Shown: piece after piece, positions 24,349-35,312 of the stretch
Layout: each line of letters starts with the position of its first letter
Numbering within the stretch: the first letter of the stretch is position 1
Assembly: GCA_043228905.1 (NCBI GenBank)
Contig: JBHGNT010000017.1
Coordinates: 16,678,001-16,742,000 of the forward strand
DNA from: Azolla caroliniana
Taxonomy: Eukaryota > Plantae > Polypodiophyta
Length of the DNA stretch: 64,000 bases
Direction: 5' to 3'
Made by a program: the position numbers and the translations under genes
Notes under the pieces: generated by a model
What the model saw: only the letters and a program-made list of their open reading frames with translations
Told to the model about the DNA's origin: nothing
Database searches by the model: none

Positions 24349-27300
24349 ATGCAGTCTTTGCAGGATTTGTGTTGCCTGGACGCCATAGCCACAAAGTCTA
24401 TGTTTGCCCCTTTCAGTTTTCCTCCTTCCAGACATCATGCAAGAAGGAAACCTCTCTGTCAGGCAGCTCCTCCTATGGCTACCACTCAAGCCCTAAGTCT
24501 TGCCAAACCATCGTTTTCTGAGATCACCGCTTCTTCTTCCCCAGAGAAAAGTATCAAAAACTTTGGAAGCAAGAGGTATCCTATACCTGAAAAGAGCTTT
24601 GAAGGAGACACTATTCTTGATGAGAGAGGCTTCATTTGTAACCCTCGAGCTTCTCGCGATCTTGCCTTGTAAGACCCTTTCCTGCCATCTTATTTATTTC
24701 TTCTTATTTCAAGTGGTTTCGAATGGGTTTTCTTCCTCTGCACTCAAATAGTTAGCATAATGTTCTCTTTCCAGCTCTATCTTATACGCAGCGCTACTAT
24801 CTGGCCAAAAGGCGACGAGAATCTTCCGAGAAAGACTCAAACAGGCACCAGGTACATCAGAAACATTTTCAAATTTGATCTTTAGTAGGTTTTAAATAAA
24901 TTCTGCTTTGTAGCATGAACATGCCACAGAAGATGTATGTATAATCTTCCGTAGGTGATGTATGCATAATGTGCCATAGATGTATGTATAGTATAATGTG
25001 CTAGAGATGATGTATGCACAGTTATAAAAGCCTTTATGATGCATGTATAATGTAAGCTATAGGTAATGTATGTATGCATGCCAAGATGACGCATTACATG
25101 TTGTAAGCGTAATGTGCCATGGGTGATGTATTTATACTGTAGGGTGCTGTAGATGATGTATTTATAGTATAATGTGTCATGGGTGATGTATGTATAACGA
25201 CATTTGCATGATCTTTTGATTATTTCACATAATTGTGATGATGTACGAATATTGTAAAGATATCAAGGAAGTTCTACTGAGGATTATGGTACAATGCGGT
25301 GGAAAAATAGAAAGCTATGTGTTTGCGTGAGAGGGGGTGAGGGAAAAAATAGGCAATTACACACGAAGTAACCTTAAGCAAGGACTTAGATTAATTATTG
25401 GAGAGATGAGTGGCATAACAAGTGAGAACAGTACATGGGGGAGAGTTGGCTTATATATATTATGATGTATGTACACACAAAGAATGATAAACCAATAAAT
25501 CATGATAGGAGAATGAATGAACTATCATTTACTATCCAATGCATCCAATACAGAGAACATGTTCCATATGCTTATTACAAAAGTGGACTTCCACACATGT
25601 TATCCAATGAGTATGTTCAGACATCACACACAATGTGGTTGAGCTTGACTTCTCAGCAAATTATGTTGTATTTAATTTAGGAATTATGAACCAAATCAAA
25701 ATCTGCTAATTAAATGATCATGGCTACAATTCTTGTCAATCTATTCTCTTTGTTTAGCTAGAAAATGATTACTTGAGGCCCAAAGGAAATTTCACATTAT
25801 CCTAGTGTTGTGACTCAACAACTCAAGTTTTTTGGTATAGTGATTTTAGATTTATTTGCTTCTACAGTTATTATTTTCCGAATTCCATCGTTTTCGTTAA
25901 TATCTTATTATATTGGAGTTTTTTTATATTGAGATTGAGAAGGATTAGGCTATTTTTGTTTTTGTAGAAATTTCTGGAGACTTTTCCAAAGGCCTCCTTG
26001 CAAAGTTTAGGTATGCATCGGAGGATGAAGATTCCATTTTTGTCAAAGATGCAAAGGGTGCAAAGTGGTTAGACCGTAATCAACGTCAAGAATCCTTGCT
26101 GGGTATGTCCGTCAATTTTAAACAAGAACTTTTGATGCATTGATAAAGACATACTTGTTTCTCGTTAAACTTTATCCTTCATAGGAAGAAATATAAAATC
26201 GTTTGCTTTCTTTTCAGTTAAGGTTTTCCTGCTGTCATTTTCCTACATCTGGGTTTTGCATGGCCATAGAATTCAGAAATAAACCTAGTTTTGTCTCTAA
26301 TCAGATAAAGTTTGTAGATACAAATTGCATTTGAGTTTTATTTATTCTATTCAAATATTCGAATACTCTCCCCAAGATCATGATGGATTGGTAGGTCAGC
26401 ACTTTATCAGTCCCATGACATTTTGCTCTTGTTGCGAGCACACATCTTTAATAGAGCTATGTCTGAAGGTTTCCCCACTAGCTGGACAGAACATACCGTT
26501 GTGCCAAACTTGAAGATTGGAGACCCCATGATGCCGAGCAATTATAGAACAATCATGGTTGGCCATTACTTGGCTAAACTATATGGCTTGATCATAGAGT
26601 TAGAATTGAGTATATGAATAGAGAGAAATGGCTACCGTTCAGTGGGATAGGCAGGCTTTCACAAGGGGTTCACAACTTTGGATCACATATTGACCCTCCG
26701 AGCCCCTTATGAAAGAGGGCAGAGCCCACAATGAGAGGATTTATTGCTGCTTTTTGGATTACTAAAAGCCTTCAACATTGTACCATGCACTTAGCTCATA
26801 GATATGCAATTTGGGAATCTATGCACTGTATGAATCCATGTTAGGAAAGGTGCAGTCTCCCAATGGGTTGTTGGAGTAAAACAAAGATGCCCATTGTCAC
26901 CCACTCTCATAAGTCTCTCTCTCTATAGGCGATGTTTCACATTACATAGAGATGGGGGGTTCGGGAGCATGCCTTGTAGGTATAGCCCTACAAATATTAG
27001 TATATGTTGATGATATTGTGATGATCATACTTATCATAAATTTGGTCATCATACTTATTATAAATTTGGTCATCATACTTATAATAAATTTGGTCATCTG
27101 ATGATTATACTTATCATAAATTTGATCATCATAAATGAAAAGGAGACTATGCATATAATGCATATAAAATTTAATAAGTTAAAACTAGGGTTTAAAATTA
27201 AAAGTTGAAAGTTAGAGAAAATTTAAGAGTATTTTTAACTGAAACCGATAAGTCGATAAACCCCTGAACCGTTAAACCATGAAATTCAAAATCGAACTGA

Positions 27301-30300
27301 ACTGAAACCAAACCGAATTGTAATATTTGAAACGAAACGAAACTATTTATTTATCTTCGAACCAATAAACTGTTAAGCCACGGTTTAACGGTTCGGTTCG
27401 GTTTGAGCCAAAACCAGGCCCATTGCTAGGCGATATCATTGTCATAACAGGTAGCTTGTTCAATAACCTTTACAAGCTTGACATATATCAGAATTTGATG
27501 ACGAAAATGCATTCGCGGTGGATGCCCAAAAACAAAGAAATTTTCAACTATGGTATGCTGGATTCGGGCATTTAAATTTCAGCAGCCTTCCACGGATTAG
27601 TAAGGATGAGATGGTGCAATCTTCTTTCTATTCATGTATTCTAGGAAAGATGCACAGATATTCATTTCCAAAAGATGCAAATGTTTTTCCACACACAAGC
27701 TTCAACTTGTACATAGTGATGTATGCTACCCAATGAGAACTCCATCAATTGGAAGTTATCACTATTTTCTTACATTCATTGATGATGCTACCTGACACTC
27801 CACTCTTGGGTATATCCTTTGAAGGAGAAATCCAATGTCTTTTCATGGCTTCAAAGACTTCTTACTTCTTACACCTAGGTGAAAATCTCAGTGGTCATAA
27901 ACTCATTACTTTTAGCATTGCTAGAGGGAATGAGTACATGTCTCAAGAGTTCAATGTTGTCTTGAAGGATAGAGGTATTATCCATCAATGCACCACTCCG
28001 TACACACCACAACAAAATGGTTTTGCTGAGAGAAAGAATAGATCTCTCAATGAGATGGCAAGATGCATGCTCAATGATAAAAACCAGTCTCACATGTTTG
28101 GGTTGGAAGTTGTAGTGTATGGAAACTATGTTTTAAATAGATGCCCCAGAAAAGCACTTAACACTATTACTCCATATGAGGCTTGGAATGGTCACAAGCC
28201 AAATGTTGCTCACATGAGCTTGGCTTATGCATTTTTGTTGGCTATAGCAAAGAAAGCATATTCGTCAGTTGTTATAGCCCACTACTAGTAAGATCATCAT
28301 GAGCCTTGATGTGATATTTGCTGAAAATGCAGCTCAACTCTTGCGTATTGTTCCAAAGAGCCAAATCTTGATCAACCAAATGTTTGATACTTTGTTATCA
28401 TTGCTCCAAAATGTTGTGTTTGATGTGATCGACTAACCCAACCTCATGAAGGCAACGTGTAGGTTTTGCATCAGCAACAACATGCTTCAAATAGAGATGT
28501 AGAGCAGCTAAACAATGGTCAAATTGATCTCTTGCAACAGCCCAACGTTGTTGAAAATGAACCACCGAACATTGCTGATAATGATGTTGATTTACAGTTC
28601 ATTAATCAACATGATGTTGACATGGAATCGGAGAAAGAACAAGCCTCTTCTATGAAAGCAAGAACAGTCCCTAAATGGCTGATTAACATCCTTACGGACA
28701 GGAAACTCACATTTCCTCTTCAAAATAAAATCCGGTCAACCAATAATCAAGCTGAACTGCGTTATGTGCATCATGCTCTTATTGCTTAAAATATTTGAGG
28801 ATGCGCCACTCTCTCGTGAGGATGCGTTAGAACATGATCATTGGGTTGAAGTTGTGAAATCAAAACTTGAGTCCATCTACAAGAACAACACTTTGGAGTT
28901 ATGTGATCTACCTAGAGGTAGAAACTCAATTACCACCAATTGGATTTACAAAGTCAAGCGTAATGCGGATGGTAGCTTTGATCTTTTTAAAGCAAGACTT
29001 GTAGCTAAAGGATGTTCCCAATAAGAGGTGTCTGATTTGTCACTTGAGCAACCATCTCCTACTTGTTTATTTACAGATAATTGAAGTGCCTTGGCTGTTG
29101 TATGGAATCCTGTCTTCCATGCACGTACAAAACACATTGAGGTGCATTATACCTAAGGCTCCCAAACTGGTACATGTTCCCATGTGTCATAGGTCCATAT
29201 GGGTCTGTCCCAATTCCAAGTATAGCCAGTTTCCTGACTAAATAATCAGGCGTGAGCCCTCCATTAATTGGATAGGTTTCTCGTTTTTCTGTCTATCCTT
29301 CAAAAAAGAATGAAAAATGAGTTGAAAGCTATCTTATTTTTTGGTAAACCCTAAGTATATTTGCTCGTTTTCCATTTCTTTTTTTCTTTCCTTCTTAAGA
29401 TGAGGGCCTTGCAATTGGGAATCTCATGATGGTTCTGTGTAATGAATTATAACTGTCTCATCTGCATTTATAACTTTTGAATAGTTCTGAATCTGTATTC
29501 ATGCACAAACTCTGAATGTTTACCTAATTTTAATTCCACTTTGTTCACAGCTGAGCTAAGTTAGATGTCTTTGTCTTTTTGTTTTGCATTTTTGTGTCGA
29601 AATAGAAGCCGCAGTTCTCTCGGCCCCAATCACACTTGTCTACAACAAATCCGTTCTAAGGTATGAAGATAATAATTTGGTTTGTTCAATTCTGTGCTTC
29701 ATGATGAATTGATTACATAAAACAAGAGGCTGGATTCAAAGAAGAGGACTTTGTTGATCAATTTTTAAAAATAATTTTGAGCATAGGTTGGCTCAAGAGA
29801 TAATTCAAGCGACAGAAGATAGCTGGAAAGAGCATGAACTTATACTAACCGATCTCCTTCCAGAAAGATGGAAGGCAAGTTTTTTGTATTGAGACCATTT
29901 CTGTTTGAAATATATACCATGTTCACATTGCCATAAAAGAAGCTCTCATTCATCCCATAGACTAAGATAGTTTGTTCAATTTTTCCATGCAAGATGTAGA
30001 ACAGTATCTATGGTAAGGAGAAACGTTTTCCCATATAGATTGCTTAAGGTTCTTGTTTTAGTTGCATTACTTATATTGGGGTTATTTTGTGCTTGGAGAA
30101 ATGATCTGGCGAGAATTGATATCCTGTTCCTGTGATGAAGGAATCATAAGAAAGAGAGAACTTGCAAAATGGTAGAAGTTGAACTAATTCTATGTGGCTA
30201 CTAGAGATCCTGGGTTACTATATGCAGGAGCCTGGTGGTAGTGCAGCAGTTCAACAATGTATTCTCCACATGGCAATGAGCGAAATGACAAAATTGAGGA

Positions 30301-30646
30301 CTCCCCCAAATATTGCTATAAACGAGGTATTCTTTAGATGCTTTTTATATTTTTTATCTTTCCTATGTTGATGATGTCGTATGATGCTGCAGCTCACTGT
30401 AACATCAAGATGTAGTCAAATACACATGCATATACAATTGCCACATTCATACATACATACATACATAAATATATATATGTATACATACATCAATGCATGC
30501 ATACATACATACATAGAAAGAAGAGTCACACTATGCAGGCTGTAGAGCTTGGAAAACGCTATTCTTATGGGCGTGCATATCGTGTCATTAATGGCTGCCT
30601 TGCAAACTTCATTCAGAGTGAATATTTTCTGGATATAACCCAATAG
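24349..30646 (+). CDS. Plastid-type NusB-domain antitermination protein, 7 exons
   Basis: Exons 24349-24668, 24775-24851, 25968-26102, 29606-29660, 29787-29874, 30228-30326, 30539-30646 (882 nt, in frame). Ser/Ala-rich transit-like N-terminus; motifs [43 protein letters not shown]....RVINGCL. Confidence 0.85.
24925..25198. repeat. Degenerate ~30-bp tandem repeat in NusB-like intron 2
   Basis: Recurrent GATGTATG/TTATAGTATAATGTG(C/T)CAT units. Confidence 0.65.
26365..27022 (+). mobile_element. Decayed non-LTR (LINE) reverse transcriptase fragment in an intron
   Basis: Translates with stops and frameshifts to [57 protein letters not shown]. Confidence 0.85.
27024..27428. mobile_element. One-ended hAT family A remnant preceded by a 24-bp tandem repeat
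   Basis: 27240-27428 closely matches 36160-36346 and ends GCCCATTGCTA; no partner TIR seen; ATCATACTTATCATAAATTTGGTC x4 at 27024-27130. Confidence 0.8.
27429..29150 (+). mobile_element. Decayed Ty1/Copia internal fragment (GAG-pre-integrase, integrase, RT start, RNase H end)
   Basis: [68 protein letters not shown]; several stops and deletions. Confidence 0.88.
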
Positions 30647-30771
30647 GAGATGTCTGTTTGTGGGGGCTAAGTTTGAGGAAATCTACTGGACACTGGGGAA
30701 ATGTATGAGGCACGAGAGAATTATGTTATGTAGAAGGAACAGAGCGTTTCATTGTTGAAACATGTCAGCAC

Positions 30772-30880
30772 ATGAAAGAATATATGCATATCTTTGATGG
30801 GCTCATGGATCGCAAAGATCATGCACATGGAAGAATATATGCATATCTTTGACGGGTTCATGGATCGCAAAGGTCATGCT
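30772..30880. repeat. 55-bp tandem repeat x2 downstream of the NusB-like stop
   Basis: CATG.AAGAATATATGCATATCTTTGA.GGG.TCATGGATCGCAAAG.TCATGC occurs twice. Confidence 0.85.
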
Positions 30881-32442
30881 ATGCAATGATTTGGGGAATT
30901 GATCTTGGAAAAGGTGGCATCAATGCCCTCAAGTGAGTTTGTATTGATTTGCAAATTGATATGCACCATGAAAACCAAAATAGCAATCTCTATTCAAATG
31001 ATTATATGCAAACACATTAGCACAAACAGGTTGTGTACTGGTGTCTTACAGTATATCTTTGTCTGTATAATTCTGCCAGACGCCCATAACTGATGTATTC
31101 AACATTATTTGTATGGACATCAAATGCACATTCACAAAATTTATTTCTTCATGTGGATTTGTAATATCTCTTATGTTTTGTATATCGTCCAAATGTAAAG
31201 ATTTCAATTTTCGACTTCATATCATATGGCTACACTTGAACTTTGCTTGTATATGAGTAATAAATATAAATACAGCCCCACAACAGCAACGCCTCTTTGA
31301 TGTGTTCTTTATTCGTATAGAGTGCAACCAAACAATACATGATAGCAAATTACTTTAATCATTAAGGTAGACCTTCATTATTTCATTATTCTAATGTGTT
31401 AAATCTCTTGTGATTTCAACATGCTCATGCATGTGCTAGTGAAATGTGAGGATTATGTGCTTATTTTTTTCTATGTATGCTGTGGTATGTGTATGCATAT
31501 GATCTTTCCTCAGATCATGCATGTCGTGACTTACCACACTTATTGCAAATGAAACATATGAACAGGTGTGAGTCAAATAAATCATCTGACCTACCAATCT
31601 TTGATACCTTTCACGATCAACTTTCTCTCTTGCAAGTTCAGTTAGCTTCATCTTTTGGTTGATTGGAGAAGCTACGGGCCTACAACTAGCAATGGGCGCA
31701 GTTCGGTTTCGGTTCGGTTCGGTTTCTTGACCTTGAAACCAAACCAAACCAAACCAAACCGGTTATTCAGAATAAAAACCAAACCAAACCATTTAAAAAA
31801 TTTGAAGCCATTTAAACCAAACTATTTAAGCCAAACCATTTAAACCAAACCGTTTAATAGGTATGAGAAACCAAACCATTTAAAACCAAACCGTTTATGT
31901 AAAATGTAGAACCAAACCGAACCGGTTTACCAAAAATCAAAACCAAACTAGTGTATCAAACATCAAAACCAAACCAAACCAAATTGGTTTTGACATAATC
32001 CAAGCAACACGAAACAATAAATTGTACCAAATCAAAGACTAGAACACTATAAAATAACAGAAATTCACAACACATTTTTTGAAAATTGTTAATTTGTGAA
32101 ACATGATAAGATATTACATAAAAAGATAAATGTTTTTTGGAATGATAACAAAAATCCATACAATAGAGTTCCAAAATTCCAATTAAGAACAACAATCCAT
32201 ATAATAGAGTTCCAATTTTCCAAATCCATAGGACCATATATGTAAACTTAATCCAGCTTTTTGTTTCCAATATTTGAATAAGGGATTCCTGAAAGTATAA
32301 AATATACAAAAGAATTAAGTAATTCATAATAACAAATTTAAAGAATCGACTAAAAACAAAATAGTAAACAACATGTAATAAAAATTACAATGACTTTGAA
32401 GATCTCCAATTGCAACCACTATTGTCGTTAACATGTCAAAAA

Positions 32443-34658
32443 TCAACATGATTCCTGTACATATAAAATACATAAAAACAAGTAAGTAATTATTAATAAA
32501 AATACTTTAAGTAAAGACTCAAATAAAAAACAACCAAGTAACAAGTATGCATACCTTAATTTTCCTTTGACTATCATGCAATATGTAATCTATTACCTCG
32601 TCTTCAGCAACAAGATCATCCAAATTCATTGTTAGTTCCGCATAACTGATGTGAAAATTATCTAACATTTGAACATTACATTCTTTTAAAACATTCATCC
32701 ATGATCGAACGCACATTTCAGCTTTGAAAGTGCATGAATGTAGTTTTATCCTATTATCAAAGGTCATTTTTGCTGCCGAATTAGCCTCTTCAGCAGGTAC
32801 TGATGATGCTGGTATACTGAGGTAATCACATGCCATCCTATATAGTGAAGGCATTGCCGATTTATTATCATTCCACCATTGTAAAGGATCCTTGTCCGTG
32901 CTAGCCGAAGGAAGTCTCATAAAGTGCTGAATTTCTGACTGTGAATCGGAAATAAGACTTTTATTATTTACACCCATTAACGTCCAAATTTTAGAATTCT
33001 TATCATTTTCATGTATTGTGGTTGAAGCCGAAGGTGGTTCAACATCACTCGAGAACGAGTGATAGTGGGACTCAATCATGCTTTCAACCAACTTAATATC
33101 TAACTCTCTTTCTGTATGATTATTTGGAAGAGGCAATCTATCAAACAAATAAAACGGTTTTAAACTCAAATAAAAAATCAGAAATCATGATGATAATTGT
33201 ACGATATAAAGGTAAGCATTACCTGGGATCAAGAAACATTGCTATGCGAGATGGAATAGACTTTAACGATTCTTGATACTTAATTAAATATTGCAAGCAG
33301 TTCTCAGATGCTCTTTGAAGCACCTCTTGTGTGAATCTAGATGATCCTGGAAGCGAAGAATCTAAAAATTGATTGCAATGATTTAGTAAACAATTATATG
33401 CTAGAGATGCTAGTGATAATGTAGGATATCTTGAGCCTCCCAGAAAAGTAGAAACCTCGGCCGGTGTATCTAGCCATTCCGCCATGGCATGTATGTGACT
33501 CCAATATTCTCTGGTCAAGACATTACCATTGAAATCACTTGATATTGTTAAATCTGAAATTGTAAAGTTCAATACATCTTTATCCTTGATAGATTGCCTA
33601 AACATTTCCAAGGTAGAATTCCATCTTGTAACAACATCGAGCCTTGGGGGTTCCCTTTCATGATGCTCAACCATCCTAGCATACTTCCTAAACACTTCCC
33701 TTCGAACCTTGCTAGATCTAATAGTATGGAGCACTGTTCTCAACTTTTCTGTTGAGGGTGAGATAACCTCTAATGCTGCCTTGATACCCAACTGAAAAGT
33801 GTGAACCATACATCTTAACATATGTGATGGAGCCAAAATTTCCTTACCATGCTCATCTTGTAACAACATGCTCAACTCTTTTGCAGCTACTTGTGCATCA
33901 CTCGCTCCATCAAAAATTGTAGCTAAGAGTCGACTAGAAATATCAAAGGATCGAAGTCGAGCAAAAAGGGCATGTGCACAACGCTTCCCTGATCCAACAC
34001 CTGGAAATACATGCACAAAATCCAATAACATTGACCTTGACCTTGCTGTTTCATGACATACCCAATGAAGTGTCACTGAGTAAAAGCCCTTCAAACTACT
34101 ATTTGACCAACCATCAAATGTTATGGAAAATCTTGATTGGCATTTCGATAGCAAATCTATCACCTGACGACGCAACACCACATACATTTCTAGGATAGAA
34201 CGCTTAATTGTGCGTCTTGACTTTACTTGATATCCAGGTACAATTTGTTGCATGAACTCCTTAAATTCAGGTGATTCCACATGTGCATGGGGCAATGTTC
34301 CCTTCACAATATACTTCACGATGGCAACATCAATTTTCTTCTCTAAAACATGAGATACTCTAGCTGACTCAATTGAAGATTGAATGTGTTGTGATATACC
34401 TGAATTTTGGTCTGGGTCGCTTGATAAACGATGCTTTTCTGCTAAATGTTTGGCTATAGTGCCTGTGGATGTTGTAGAAGACCAACAAACATGGCAATGA
34501 TGGCATCGTCGTCGAGGTGTGCCATTATCCATATAAAATATGATGTGAGCATCTGTCCATGATGTGCGTAGCCTTTGTCTTGAGCTACTTGTTGACCCAC
34601 GACTAACATCAATTGAAGATGAGTTCATTGCAGCATCAGTTTGAGATGATGATTCCAT
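32443..34658 (-). CDS. hAT transposase (BED zinc finger, DDE core, C-terminal dimerisation domain), ~676 aa
   Basis: Exons 34658-33223, 33137-32555, 32454-32443 (2031 nt, in frame; last exon tentative). Motifs CHHC..KHLAEKH, ITFDGWS, IFDGAS, RCMVH, DVVTRWNST, DPLQWW, YLSIPASSVPAEE. Confidence 0.9.
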
Positions 34659-34850
34659 TTTATGGTGTCCTATAAAATTCAATGAACTCAATTAGCACAT
34701 TTCAAATACATTATAATGAGAAAAATAAATGAAGTAGAAAGTTTGCTAAGTTAGCTAAGAACAGTAAAACAACCATTATGTCTAATGGCAAACATAGAAA
34801 GATAGACATGTTAACATAGAAAGATACATTGTTACATTGCTAAGTTAGCT

Positions 34851-35312
34851 CAACTCGGTGGCTTTTTGAGATTCTTGGGGAGGCAAAGGATTTCAAGACC
34901 ATAGAATTTCTCATGGAAGACATAGTTAAGGATCAAGTTAGTTTGATACCGAATGCTTTCACAGCTATTGCCAGGGTCTATGCTTATGTTGGAATGCTTG
35001 AAGCTTCTGTCACAGCCTTTGAAAGGATGGAGAAATATGACTGTATTCCCAATTCCCATACATTTAACATAATGATTGATGCATTGGTGAAAGCAGGGTT
35101 TCCAAAGCAAGCTTATGGGATGTATGATAAGATGCTTCAGCATGTTTTGTTAACAAACTTGTATATATGTAACCTTCTTGTTTATTCCTTCTAGCAAGAA
35201 GAGAAACCAGGAGATGTTGCATTATTTAAGATGATGAAAGAAAAGGGAGAAGTGCCCAACATAAACACTTATAATTTCCTTGCCAATGGCCTTTCAAAAG
35301 CAGGTGAGGGAA
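34851..35312 (+). pseudogene. Captured P-type PPR gene fragment inside the hAT
   Basis: About four ~35-aa repeats (AFTAIARVYAYVGMLEASVTAFERMEKYDCIPN; TFNIMIDALVKAGFPKQAYGMYDKM; ...; PNINTYNFLANGLSKAG) with in-frame stops. Confidence 0.85.

Noticed and set aside
34913-35194. Functional stand-alone PPR gene
   Set aside because: Flanked by in-frame stops, only about four repeats, no targeting peptide, and enclosed by the hAT TIRs.
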